A stretch of 62,519 nucleotides of DNA, counting the filler. It is 4 parts of 4 records of this genome, joined end to end, with 100 filler letters (N's around TTAATTAATTAA, not from the genome) between each part and the next. Parts side by side here need not be neighbours in the genome. Positions count along the whole stretch, not along the records: positions 1 to 30,891 come from DRR723986_5140; 3 more parts are not named here. One strand, given 5' to 3'. The stretch's first letter is position 1, and each line of letters opens with the position of its first letter. Under the pieces are notes generated by a model. That model searched no databases. It was not told the DNA's origin and saw only the letters and a list, made by a program, of their open reading frames with translations. The position numbers were made by a program, and so were the translations under genes. Positions 8,866 through 18,603 of this stretch are shown one piece after another.

Positions 8866-9446
8866 AGTTTTCAATAGATATGGCTTGCGCGTCACCACCG
8901 GAATGGCTTGAAGCCGTTTTGGCTGACTTTGATGCTTTCCTGCAGGATCACGCCGACTGTGAGCGCAAAGCCTCAGCGATGGCGATGAGTTTTGTAGCCA
9001 AGTACCCGGACCGCACAGAGATCATTCCCGAATTAATTGAGACGGGCCTGGAAGAGCTGGAGCATTTTCGTGACGTCTACAAGATCATGGAGTCACGCGG
9101 CCTGCAGCTGCGGCATGAGATTCAGGCTGATGACTATGTGAACCAATTACTTAAACAATGCCGCAGCGGCCGCTTTGAGCGTTTTATCGATCGGCTGCTG
9201 CTCGCCTCCGTAGTTGAATGCCGTGGCGCTGAACGCTTTCGGCTGGTGTACGAGGCGCTGCCCGCCGGAGAACTTAAACAGTTTTATCACCAGCTGTGGG
9301 CCTCCGAGGCCAAACACGGCAACATCTTTGTTGTGATGGCGCTTAACTATGCGCCGGAGGAAGAAGTCTACAGGCGACTGCGTGAGCTGGTAGCGGCTGA
9401 AGCACCTATTCTGCTGGGGCTGCCGATTCGCCCGGCACTACATTAA
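8862..9446 (+). CDS. miaE: tRNA-(ms2io6A37)-hydroxylase
   Basis: DHADCERKAS, EELEHF, VECRGAERF and SEAKH di-iron motifs; ATGA overlap with cutA. Confidence 0.9.
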   Translation: MKFSIDMACASPPEWLEAVLADFDAFLQDHADCERKASAMAMSFVAKYPDRTEIIPELIETGLEELEHFRDVYKIMESRGLQLRHEIQADDYVNQLLKQCRSGRFERFIDRLLLASVVECRGAERFRLVYEALPAGELKQFYHQLWASEAKHGNIFVVMALNYAPEEEVYRRLRELVAAEAPILLGLPIRPALH

Positions 9447-10372
9447 TTCCGATTATTCTGGCGCCGCTGATTGCCTGGACGCGCAAAAGTTTTTGGCAGG
9501 CGCATTGTTTTGGGCTGTGAGACCTGGAGCTGCTGAACGAATTCCGGCTGCCGGATCAGTGCAAAACAAAACCCTCAAAAAAGTCTGAGACCGAGCCTTT
9601 GGCCGGGCTCAAAGCGGTCCTGGAAAAATCGTATAAACCATGGGATGCGAGGCATGTCAGCGCGTGTGCGATTGTGAGCTGGAAGTTTGGCGAGACTGAT
9701 CCGTAAAAACAATACTGGAACGTTGGAGTTTGGCAGACAGTAAGGAATTCCAGATTCGGCAGCAAAAATTGGGTTGAAAGCTGCCGAAAGTATCTGAAAA
9801 TTGTGCGTGGACGCAGCCGGCGTCTATATAAAGGGAATTCCCCCACCACCCGCCGCCGCCTTCCAATTTTTTCCCCGATTTTTCCACCCCCAGGCAGTTC
9901 CCTCCTACCCCGGCGATTTCGCGGATTTTTTTGGCAGGCCACCAGCGTAAAACAAGGTTTTCCATCTGATGTTGCTGCCACAAGGCACGGTGCGGTCAAA
10001 CCTTCCGGAGGATTTGACAATAAAAAGTACGGCCATCAATGGTGACAAAACCAATCGAAAAAGCTGAACGGGCAGTAATCGCTCCCAAGAGACCATTAAA
10101 GCGTGGGTAAACGCGCCATGGCACAAAAAGTAATCATGCTGTTCCGAAACATTAAAGCGCCATGGGGAGTCGGCATTTGCATCGGGAATGGGAGCCGGAA
10201 GTGCGAGTTTGCCTTATTCGGCCCGGCCTACATCGGCCGTAACAACGCCGCCAAACAGCCAAGTTGTTGAAACGCACCTGTCCAGAGCAAGCCTTGTTAC
10301 GTCTATTCCCACGTATGCCCCACGACTGCCCTGTGTGCCGCTGCGCAGCTTGCAGAGACTCCAGATTTTTCC

Positions 10373-10380
10373 TAGTTTTG
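10373..10380 (+). promoter_or_regulatory. Bacteroidota-type -7 promoter element
   Basis: TAGTTTTG 20-40 bp upstream of the yqgE/algH start. Confidence 0.5.
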
Positions 10381-10418
10381 AGGCCAATAGTGCTCAAACA
10401 ATGCGAGTGTTAGGACCA

Positions 10419-10985
10419 ATGCAAGAAGTTTCGCCGACCGTAGGTAAGGGGTCGCTCCTGTTAGCCGACCCGTTTTTGCTGGACCCCAATTTTCAGCGTT
10501 CCGTGATTTTGGTGACGGAACATTCTGAAGAAGGGGTTGTCGGTTTTGTGCTAAATAGTCCGACTGCGCTGAAACTGAGCCAGGCGATCGAAAACCTGAC
10601 CGATATTGATGTGCCGCTCTACCTGGGTGGGCCGGTTGAACCTGAGTCGCTCAACTTTATTCACCGCCTGGGTGATAAGATCCCCGATTCCACCGAAATT
10701 GGCGATGGCGTGTTCTGGGGTGGCGACTTTGAATTGATGCTTGAGATGATCCGTAATGGCGAAGTCTCATCCGACGACTATCGCTTTTTCCTGGGCTATG
10801 CCGGCTGGGGATCAAAAACACACCTGCAGCGCGAACTGGAAGAGAATTCCTGGTTCGTGACGGATCTGCGGCGTCGCTACATTTTTGACGAGACCTCACA
10901 GGAACTCTGGGCCAGAATCCTCAAAGACATGGGTGGTGACTACGCGATGCTCGTGCACGCACCAGCGCACCCTTCGCTAAATTAA
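10419..10985 (+). CDS. YqgE/AlgH (UPF0301) family protein
   Basis: DPNFQRSVIL, GFVLN, GGPVE, GYAGW and terminal PSLN. Start 10419 (or 10401). Confidence 0.9.
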   Translation: MQEVSPTVGKGSLLLADPFLLDPNFQRSVILVTEHSEEGVVGFVLNSPTALKLSQAIENLTDIDVPLYLGGPVEPESLNFIHRLGDKIPDSTEIGDGVFWGGDFELMLEMIRNGEVSSDDYRFFLGYAGWGSKTHLQRELEENSWFVTDLRRRYIFDETSQELWARILKDMGGDYAMLVHAPAHPSLN

Positions 10986-11115
10986 TCTGCTGAACTTCAC
11001 AACCAAGCCATTCAATCTGCTGAGCCCTAGTTCTGAGGGCTGCGTTTGCACCTGCCTGCACCGACCTTAGCCATTTCTGTTAATACACTTCAGCTGAATT
11101 TGATGCCGTCGGCGT

Positions 11116-12189
11116 TTACTGTGTCCACTGCAGTTTGCCCTGTGAAACTGCGCACAGATTTGCCATGCGGTAGAGGATGCGTGCGCCCACGTTGGCGTCC
11201 CATTCATCCAGTGCATTCTGCGGATTGGGAGCAACTTCGACCAGGTCAAAACCAATGATGCGGCGTCCGCTGCGGACGACTTGTTCGATCAGGTACAGGG
11301 CTTCGGCAAACTGTAAGCCGCCGGGAACCGGTGTGCCGGTGTGAGGACAGAGTGAGGGATCGAGGCCGTCGATATCAAAGCTGATATAAACGTCTTGTGG
11401 CAATGTCTCAACAATTTCGCGGCATTGGGCCTGCCAGTTTTGGCCTGCAAACTGTTCGCGGCGGATGTCTGCCTCGCTGAACATTTTGACTCTTGAGTCT
11501 GAGGCGGCCAGCCTGGCTTCGGCCTCACAGAGATCGCGGATTCCAACCTGTGTTAGTTGTGCGACCTGCGAAACCTGAAGCGCGTTAAACATGATGCTGG
11601 CATGCGAATAGGTGAAACCTTCGTAGGCCTCACGAAGGTCCGCATGTGCGTCAATCTGCAGAATGCCGAAGTGTTCGTATGTGCCGGCCAAAGCGCGCAG
11701 TAGACCGAGCGGCGTGGAGTGATCACCACCGACGACGCCGACAATTTTGCCTTCCTGCAGCAATTCTTCGGCGCGTTTATGCAGCTGGGCGACCATCTTT
11801 GCGCAAGCGCTGTTGATTGACTGGTAGAGTTCGCGATGGCTTGTGGCCGGCGCGTTTCCGGCTTCGAGTTCGGCAATCAGTTTTGCGGCCGGCCGGCGCA
11901 ATTGTCTGCTGCGTGCAGTAACGTTCGGATCGGGGGCAGCCATGGCGATTCCAAGTTCCCAGGCGCGCTGGATGTCGGCCTCAAACAAGTCGAGCTGTGG
12001 TGAGGCCTGCCGAATCGCTTCGGGGCCTGCGGCGGTTCCGTGACCATAGGAGACGGTGACGTCCCAGGGCATGGGAATCAGCACGAGCTGTGCCTGCTCG
12101 ACTGCAAAGGGCAGGCCGAAGATGCCGGCGTCGACGAGTCCAACGCCATTGGGATCAAAGTTCTGGAGCAACTGCTGACGAGTCTTCAT
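11116..12189 (-). CDS. speB: Agmatinase (ureohydrolase family)
   Basis: GGDHS, DAHAD, SFDIDGLDP and TGTPVPGG motifs. Substrate is inferred from family resemblance. Confidence 0.8.
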   Translation of the reverse strand: MKTRQQLLQNFDPNGVGLVDAGIFGLPFAVEQAQLVLIPMPWDVTVSYGHGTAAGPEAIRQASPQLDLFEADIQRAWELGIAMAAPDPNVTARSRQLRRPAAKLIAELEAGNAPATSHRELYQSINSACAKMVAQLHKRAEELLQEGKIVGVVGGDHSTPLGLLRALAGTYEHFGILQIDAHADLREAYEGFTYSHASIMFNALQVSQVAQLTQVGIRDLCEAEARLAASDSRVKMFSEADIRREQFAGQNWQAQCREIVETLPQDVYISFDIDGLDPSLCPHTGTPVPGGLQFAEALYLIEQVVRSGRRIIGFDLVEVAPNPQNALDEWDANVGARILYRMANLCAVSQGKLQWTQ

Positions 12190-14071
12190 TAGCTAAACTT
12201 TGTGGATTGTTGTTGGGCGCCGCCGGCGAATCGGCGGTGGGGCTGCTGCTCCTGGGAGCAAGGACCTGGGATCTGCGGCTTGCAGCCGGGCCAAAGATGA
12301 TGTAATGTTTCTGGCGCAGTAAAACTGGCCGGCTTTGGGCCAGAAACGCGCGCGTGGAATCAACGGCTGCGCCGTAGGCCGGCGAGAAATGATAGGCGAT
12401 GTGCGCACCGGGGTGGATTGTGTCGGCCTGGTTGACGACCCGAGAATCAAAAGCCCACTCTTGCATGCCGATCACGCGCGCATATTTGCCCGGGCGGCGG
12501 TTGAGCGCCCAGCCCTGTGTGTACCAGGCCAACTGCGGTACCAGCCAGTCTCCGCGGTTGCGTACATGCGTCAGGACCAGGAGTGAATCAGTCTGCTGCT
12601 GCTCCAGGAGCTGCGCGCTTGCCGCCGCGCCATTGGTCAGGCGCGCTTCGGATTGCAGGTTGTAGACGAGCGCGCGCCCAATGAGTAACATGGCGGCCGC
12701 AAATGTCAAAATCACGGTGACGCGCCCGGCAAAACGCGGGAGCTGCGCGCCGCGCCACAAGAGATAAGCCACGACCAGGAGCGGCAACGCCCAGATGAAC
12801 GGCGAGGCCATCTCAAACCAGCTGCCGGACCGGAGAGCTGCGCGGCCGCTGCTCGTCATCGACCACAGGAGCGTGAGCGGCACGGCGGCCAGCGTCAGCC
12901 TGTCGATGACTGTAGGTTTGTAGTTGTTCTGCAGGATGGTAGCCATAAATGCGGCCACACCAATCAGCAGCGGCGGGAGCATCGGCAGCACGTAGTGTGG
13001 CATGCGCGTTTGCGCCAGCGTAAAAACCAGGAAGTAACTCACAAACCAGACGGCGCAGACCCAGAGCAGGTTTGAAGCGCCGCTGCCTGACTTTGAGGCA
13101 TCATTTGTCGCACCCGGCCGCCGTCCAAGTGTGCGTGCGAACATCACCAGACCACCCAGCAGGAGCGGGCAGTCAACCAGCAGGCGGTTGGCGTAATACC
13201 ACCAGGCACTCATTGCCGGTCCACCTTCGGCCTGTTTGTACAAATGCGGCGGAGCCATGGCCTCATAAAATTCGGGGCCATAACTGATCAGCATGTCAAT
13301 GTACCAGGGCGCAGCCAGCAGCAAAGCCCCAAGACTGGCAAACAACAAGCCTCTGCGCCGCAGAGACCGCAGCCTCAATTCCGCGGGTTCGGCAGCCCGC
13401 GCGCCGGCCACAAACCAGAGGACCAGCGCAAACAGCAACGGCAATAACGAGACAACAATTTTGGTCATCAGCGCTGCGCAGAACCACAGGCCAAACAGAA
13501 TTGCGGCGCGCCGAATCGCCGCTGAGTTTTGAGCCTGCATCAGCGTCAGGCCCGTCCAAAGTGCGCCCAGGAAACAGGTTACCATCGGCACGTCACTCAT
13601 GCCGTAGCGCGAATAAATATGCCAGCTGAGTGAGCCGCACAGGAGGGTGGCGGCGGCATAGGCGCTCATACGACTGATCCAGGCGCTATCGGGTCCGCTG
13701 CTGCCACCGTTGCCGGCACGGATTCCCGGTCCCAGATGTGCGCGCACCAAAGCAAACAGAAGAAACACCGATGCGGTACCGCAGAGGGCCGAAAACAGAC
13801 GCAGCGAGAATTCACCTTCGCCAAATAGTAGCATGCAGGCGCTGATGCCCCAGACGCTCAGCGGCGGGTAGGTCGCCGAGTACAAGCCTCCGGCGGCATA
13901 GGGCTCCTGGTTCCAGAACGCGTCGCCGTAATCCAGTACTGCGCGTGCGCGCAGTGCGAACAGACTTTCGTCCCAGGACTGCACCTCTCCCGCGCCGAGC
14001 AGCACAAACATTGGAGCTACGCAGAGGAGCAGAAGAATGACGTCAAGGCGTGTGAATTGCCGAAAAAACAT
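12155..14071 (-). CDS. ArnT/PMT-like GT-C membrane glycosyltransferase
   Basis: WDE, YPPL, GEGEFSLRLFSAL, ALMTK, PWY and HYVLP motifs with many TM helices. Confidence 0.8.
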   Translation of the reverse strand: MFFRQFTRLDVILLLLCVAPMFVLLGAGEVQSWDESLFALRARAVLDYGDAFWNQEPYAAGGLYSATYPPLSVWGISACMLLFGEGEFSLRLFSALCGTASVFLLFALVRAHLGPGIRAGNGGSSGPDSAWISRMSAYAAATLLCGSLSWHIYSRYGMSDVPMVTCFLGALWTGLTLMQAQNSAAIRRAAILFGLWFCAALMTKIVVSLLPLLFALVLWFVAGARAAEPAELRLRSLRRRGLLFASLGALLLAAPWYIDMLISYGPEFYEAMAPPHLYKQAEGGPAMSAWWYYANRLLVDCPLLLGGLVMFARTLGRRPGATNDASKSGSGASNLLWVCAVWFVSYFLVFTLAQTRMPHYVLPMLPPLLIGVAAFMATILQNNYKPTVIDRLTLAAVPLTLLWSMTSSGRAALRSGSWFEMASPFIWALPLLVVAYLLWRGAQLPRFAGRVTVILTFAAAMLLIGRALVYNLQSEARLTNGAAASAQLLEQQQTDSLLVLTHVRNRGDWLVPQLAWYTQGWALNRRPGKYARVIGMQEWAFDSRVVNQADTIHPGAHIAYHFSPAYGAAVDSTRAFLAQSRPVLLRQKHYIIFGPAASRRSQVLAPRSSSPTADSPAAPNNNPQSLANEDSSAVAPEL

Positions 14072-14084
14072 CTGATACCATATG

Positions 14085-14735
14085 TTAGTCGAATAACTTG
14101 CGGTCCGCCACAAAGTAGTGCACACCGGCCTCCAGCGGCCGCAAGATACGGTCGCGCAGCAAGATGTAGTGCACCTCGTTTTCTACAAAGTCTACATTGG
14201 AACAATCCACCACCAGGACTGTCAGGTCGCGCCGCCGCCAAAACAGGTCAATATAAGCTTGGTGGATGCACCGCAGATAATCGGCACCTATCGTGTTTTC
14301 GTAGATGCGTCCGCGCTTGCGGATGTTGTGTAGCAGGCGGTCCGTGTCGTTCTGCAGATAAACAATCACGTCGGGGCGCGCCAGGTTTTGCTCCAGGCTC
14401 TCGGCAAACTGACGGTAGAGCTGGAATTCGGCCTGCGCGAGCGTCAGGCGTGCAAAAATCTCATCTTTCTGAAAGGTGTAGTCGCTGACGATGCGTTCGT
14501 GGAACAGGTCCAATTCGTTGAGGCCCAGTTGCTGCTTGTAACGGCTCAACAGGAAAAACATCTGCGTCTGGAAGGCAAACTGGTCGGGTTTGCTGTAGAA
14601 CTCTTCCAGGAAAGGGTTGTCTTCAAACTTCTCAAGAACCAGGCGCGCCCGCAGGTCGGCAGCCAGCTTCTCTGCAAGAGTGGTTTTGCCGGCTCCGATT
14701 GGACCTTCGATTGCGATATATCTGACGTCGCTCAC
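14085..14735 (-). CDS. Deoxynucleoside kinase (dCK/dGK family)
   Basis: IAIEGPIGAGKTT, FQTQMFFLLSR and IRKRGR motifs. GTG 14735 preferred; the frame is open to 14855. Confidence 0.88.
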   Translation of the reverse strand: MSDVRYIAIEGPIGAGKTTLAEKLAADLRARLVLEKFEDNPFLEEFYSKPDQFAFQTQMFFLLSRYKQQLGLNELDLFHERIVSDYTFQKDEIFARLTLAQAEFQLYRQFAESLEQNLARPDVIVYLQNDTDRLLHNIRKRGRIYENTIGADYLRCIHQAYIDLFWRRRDLTVLVVDCSNVDFVENEVHYILLRDRILRPLEAGVHYFVADRKLFD

Positions 14736-14844
14736 GTGCGTATCGCGTTTTGAACAACAACCGGCCGTTCCGGGAGAGGCCGATTCAGTGATTCTGTGAT
14801 TGCTGCGAACCTCCCCGGTTTGTGCGGTTCGCCTGTGGCGGACT

Positions 14845-15360
14845 TTATCCGCCAAAAAGTTCTACCTGGCACCTGTCCGTGCAGTCTTTCAGCAACTGCG
14901 CCACCGTCGCCGTGCGGCCTGCATGCAGCATGGCGCCCGCAATTTCGGCGGCGGGCACAAGCACAAAACGGCGCGCGTGCATGCGCGGATGCGGTACTTC
15001 CAGTTCGGGATGTTGAATCCGCTGCGTCCCAAACAATAAAACGTCAATGTCCAGTTCGCGTGCGTGCCAGCGTGCGCGCGGCATGCGTCCCAGATGGAGT
15101 TCGGTTGCCTTGCAGCCGGCAAGCAGCTCCAGCGCCGTGCAGTCGCATTCGGCGCGTACCGCCATATTCAGGAAGTCCGGCTGGTCGGTTACACCGACGG
15201 GCTGTGTGGAATACAGCCTGGAGCGGCGCACCTCGCGCAGATTCAGTAGCGCCGTCAGGTGTGCCAGGCCGTTTTCAATCGCCGCGCGGCGGTCACCCAG
15301 GTTGCTGCCAACGCCGAGCAGAATTTGCGTGAATTCAGCCTGCGGAGCCGGGCTGCTCAT
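14845..15360 (-). CDS. folK: 6-hydroxymethyl-7,8-dihydropterin pyrophosphokinase
   Basis: GVGSNLGDR, QPDFLN, RELDIDVL, VPHPRM and RRFVLVP motifs. Confidence 0.95.
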   Translation of the reverse strand: MSSPAPQAEFTQILLGVGSNLGDRRAAIENGLAHLTALLNLREVRRSRLYSTQPVGVTDQPDFLNMAVRAECDCTALELLAGCKATELHLGRMPRARWHARELDIDVLLFGTQRIQHPELEVPHPRMHARRFVLVPAAEIAGAMLHAGRTATVAQLLKDCTDRCQVELFGG

Positions 15361-15722
15361 ATGCGCCTGCGCGTAGCGCTGTGCTCTACCTGCACAAAGT
15401 CCGGCATCTGCTGCAGCGGCGCATTCAGTTTGCGCAGGCGGATTGTGACGGTCTGCAGACGCGTGAACATCGCCAGCAGGTCATGCACGATGCGCGCCGC
15501 CAGTGTCTCTATCAGACTGTAACGCTGCTTCTGCACAATTTCTTCCACCACGGCGGCTACGCGTCCGTAATCAACTGCATGGTGCAGGTCGTCGCTGTCG
15601 GCCGCCGCTGCGGCATCGTATTCCAGGTCGATATCCACGGCAAAACGCCCGCCCAGGACTTGTTCCTCGGCCAGGACGCCATGATGCGCGTAGATTTTGA
15701 GATTGGCGATTGTAATCTTCAA
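15357..15722 (-). CDS. folB: Dihydroneopterin aldolase
   Basis: YAHHGV..EEQ..G.RF.VD, VDY and LIETLA motifs; overlaps the folK start. Confidence 0.93.
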   Translation of the reverse strand: MKITIANLKIYAHHGVLAEEQVLGGRFAVDIDLEYDAAAAADSDDLHHAVDYGRVAAVVEEIVQKQRYSLIETLAARIVHDLLAMFTRLQTVTIRLRKLNAPLQQMPDFVQVEHSATRRRI

Positions 15723-15923
15723 GGTGCCGCCAGGGAATTATTGTCTTCGGCTTGCAGCAGCTGCAGGCCGAATCGGAAGGAGTATGCGTCTGCGCCGCCG
15801 GAAGGAGAGCCATGCGTTCGCCAGACATCATTTGAGCGGCAATCTAGTCAGCCGCTGTGCGTAAAACAAACTCTGCGGCGGACGCCCGCAGCCACAAATG
15901 CTGGTCTTTCCGCGTCAAGGTCG

Positions 15924-15931
15924 TATTTTTG
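15924..15931 (+). promoter_or_regulatory. Bacteroidota-type -7 promoter element for queF
   Basis: TATTTTTG about 46 bp upstream of the queF GTG. Confidence 0.5.
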
Positions 15932-15977
15932 TAGTTGTGTAATCCGACTATATCGAATCCAAGTCAAGGAATCAACA

Positions 15978-16325
15978 GTGACGATCGAAACATTTCCGAA
16001 TCCGGAACCCAATCGCCCTTACACAATCATTCATGTCAATCCCGAGTTTAATTCGGTTTGCCCCAAAACGGGCCTGCCGGACTTCGGGACGATTACACTG
16101 CGTTATATTCCCGGCGACGTCTGCCTGGAACTCAAATCGCTCAAATACTACTACCTGGATTTCCGCAACAAAGGCATCTTCTACGAAGCCGTGACCAACA
16201 AGATTTTGGATGATCTGGTCGCCGCCTGCAACCCGCGTGAGATGCACATCAAATCCGAGTGGTCCACACGTGGCGGCATTCACTCGATTATTGAAGTCTC
16301 ACATCACGCAGATGCTCAGGACTAA
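15978..16325 (+). CDS. queF: PreQ0 reductase (single-domain QueF)
   Basis: PEFNSVCPKTGLPDF, ELKSLKYY and RGG motifs; GTG start with AAGGA upstream. Confidence 0.92.
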   Translation: MTIETFPNPEPNRPYTIIHVNPEFNSVCPKTGLPDFGTITLRYIPGDVCLELKSLKYYYLDFRNKGIFYEAVTNKILDDLVAACNPREMHIKSEWSTRGGIHSIIEVSHHADAQD

Positions 16326-16399
16326 AACATTTTAGACGCTGATGCCACAGACATCAGAACAGGTTCAATCAGCCAGGTCAACAAGAGGAAGCGGCGGAC

Positions 16400-16834
16400 A
16401 TGCAAGCGCGCATCGGAAAAGACTTTCATTGGGAAATGGGGCATCGCCTGCCGTATCACGACGGCGGCTGCCGCAATCTGCACGGCCACTCCTATCGCAT
16501 GCGCGTGGAACTGGTCGGCAGCGTCGACGAACGCGGCATGGTCGTAGACTACTTTGACCTCAAAGCCGTGATAGAACCGCTGGTGGAGCGCCTGGACCAC
16601 GCCTTTCTGTGTGATGAAAACGACGCGCCCATGCGCGCCTTCTTCGCTGAACATCCACTCAAATGTGTGCTTGTGCCCTTTCCGTCCACGGCGGAAAACA
16701 TCGCCAAATACATGCTTGACCAGATTGTGCCGGCCTTCGCCAAATACAAAAATCTGACGGAAATCAGCGTGTTCCTGCAGGAAACCGAACGCACATTTGC
16801 GTCGGTATCGCATACAATTGCGCCCCAATCATAA
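16400..16834 (+). CDS. queD: 6-carboxytetrahydropterin synthase (PTPS family)
   Basis: HRL....G.CRNLHGHSY, GMVVD, LDH, STAENIA and ET motifs; adjacent to queF. Confidence 0.85.
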   Translation: MQARIGKDFHWEMGHRLPYHDGGCRNLHGHSYRMRVELVGSVDERGMVVDYFDLKAVIEPLVERLDHAFLCDENDAPMRAFFAEHPLKCVLVPFPSTAENIAKYMLDQIVPAFAKYKNLTEISVFLQETERTFASVSHTIAPQS

Positions 16835-16858
16835 TAAATCCAAACAGGATCTACATAC

Positions 16859-18316
16859 ATGAGTGTTCGAGTACGTTTTGCTCCCTCACCAACCGGTTAT
16901 CTTCACGTCGGCGGATTGCGCACGGCGCTCTACAACTACCTGTTTGCACGGCGCCACAACGGTGTCTGCATCCTGCGCCTGGAAGATACTGACCGCACAC
17001 GGCTGGTACAAGGTGCCCTGGAAAACATGGTAGAATCGCTCAGCTGGTGTGGCGTTGAGTTTGATGAGAGCCCGTTAAAACCCGGCAATCACGGACCGTA
17101 CACCCAGTCGGAACGCACCGAACACTACCGCAAATATGCGCTGCAGCTGCAGGCCTCGGGCCACGCCTATTACGCCTTTGATACGTCCGCAGAGCTGACC
17201 GCTATGCACGAGCGCCAAAAAAGTGCCACGGAAGCCGGGGGCGGTTCACTGGGCTACGAACGCGAACACATGCGCAATGAGTTCACACTCGGCCAAGAAG
17301 AAACCCAAAAATTGCTGGACGCCGGTGCCGACCACGTGATTCGCCTGCGCGTGCCCAAAGATCGCGCCGTTGAATACAGCGACATCGTGCGCGGTGATAT
17401 CACGGTGCAGAGCTCCGAGATTGACGATCAGGTGCTGCTCAAGTCGGACGGTTTTCCGACCTATCACCTGGCGAATGTGGTCGATGACCATTTGATGGAA
17501 ATCACGCACATTATTCGCGGTGAGGAATGGCTGCAGTCCACACCCAAACACGTGTTGCTCTACGATGCCTTTGGCTGGGAAGCGCCCAAATTTGCACACC
17601 TGCCGCTGCTGCTCAACATGGACAAGTCCAAATTGAGTAAACGTCAGGGTGACGTCGCCGTTGAAGATTATAAAGCCAAGGGTTATCTGCCCGAAGCGCT
17701 GCTCAACTTTGTGTCACTGCTCGGCTATAATCCAACTGGCGACCGTGAACTGTACACTATCCAGGAAATGATCGAGCTTTTTGACCTTTCAAAAGTCAAC
17801 AAGGCCGGTGCCGTATTTGATGTGCAGAAACTGGACTGGATGAATACGCAATACCTCAAGGAGATGAACCCGGCACGTGCCGCTGTAATGCTCATGCCCG
17901 CCGTCAGGGAAGCCGGATTTGACGTAGATGCCGACTATGTAGGCCGCTGTTTCACGCTCCTGCGCGAGCGGCTGAAATTTACAGCCGATCTGCTGAGCGT
18001 TGGTGACTACCTCTTTGCCGATCCGACCGAGTTTGAGGAAAAATTCCAGAAAAAACACTGGAAGGAAGCTACGCCGGAACTGGTCAAACCATTTATCGAA
18101 CAGCTGCGTGCGCAGGCGAGTTTTGGCCACGAAGCCTTGCACGAACTGGCGGGCGCGTACACGACTGAGCAGGGCGTCGGCTTCGGTAAACTCATGAATC
18201 CCATGCGTTTGATGTTGACCGGCAAAGGCGCGGGCGCGGGAATGTTTGACACGATGGAGCTGCTTGGCAAGGAAACCTGCATGCGTCGCATCGACCGTTT
18301 TATGGCCAAACTCTGA
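16859..18316 (+). CDS. gltX: Glutamate--tRNA ligase
   Basis: RFAPSPTGYLHVGG, PTYHLANVVDD, IRGEEW and KLSKR motifs. Confidence 0.96.
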   Translation: MSVRVRFAPSPTGYLHVGGLRTALYNYLFARRHNGVCILRLEDTDRTRLVQGALENMVESLSWCGVEFDESPLKPGNHGPYTQSERTEHYRKYALQLQASGHAYYAFDTSAELTAMHERQKSATEAGGGSLGYEREHMRNEFTLGQEETQKLLDAGADHVIRLRVPKDRAVEYSDIVRGDITVQSSEIDDQVLLKSDGFPTYHLANVVDDHLMEITHIIRGEEWLQSTPKHVLLYDAFGWEAPKFAHLPLLLNMDKSKLSKRQGDVAVEDYKAKGYLPEALLNFVSLLGYNPTGDRELYTIQEMIELFDLSKVNKAGAVFDVQKLDWMNTQYLKEMNPARAAVMLMPAVREAGFDVDADYVGRCFTLLRERLKFTADLLSVGDYLFADPTEFEEKFQKKHWKEATPELVKPFIEQLRAQASFGHEALHELAGAYTTEQGVGFGKLMNPMRLMLTGKGAGAGMFDTMELLGKETCMRRIDRFMAKL

Positions 18317-18345
18317 TCCTTTTTGGGCCGTTTTGCTGTTTCTAC

Positions 18346-18380
18346 GGCGTCTCCGGTTTCTCCTGGGGGCGCCATTTTAT
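18346..18380 (+). terminator. Probable terminator after gltX
   Basis: GGCGTCTCC...GGGGGCGCC stem followed by ATTTTAT. Confidence 0.5.
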
Positions 18381-18603
18381 TCCGCAGTTTTTGAGTTTTG
18401 CCCCCTGTACCTGCGGTGGGTGGGCGTCTTCTTTTTGCTTGTCTCCGTGCCGGACGCCGCCATGCTCTGAATGATTTCCTTCGGTGGTTCGGCGGCAAAG
18501 TGCTATTTTCCGGGTTCGATGCTGTTTGCGGTAACCCACATTCCCGTCCCCGGTGGACCGTACGTCCCTTGTCTCAGCGACAAATCTAAAAGCGTCCTGA
18601 ACT

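Noticed and set aside
9833..10020. tmRNA, tRNA or RNase P-like fragments
   Set aside because: No T-loop with acceptor stem, tag frame or GAGGAAAGUCC motif could be assembled.
15723..15977. PreQ1 riboswitch upstream of queF; CGGAAGGAG duplication
   Set aside because: No preQ1 aptamer signature seen; the 9-bp duplication is too short to interpret.
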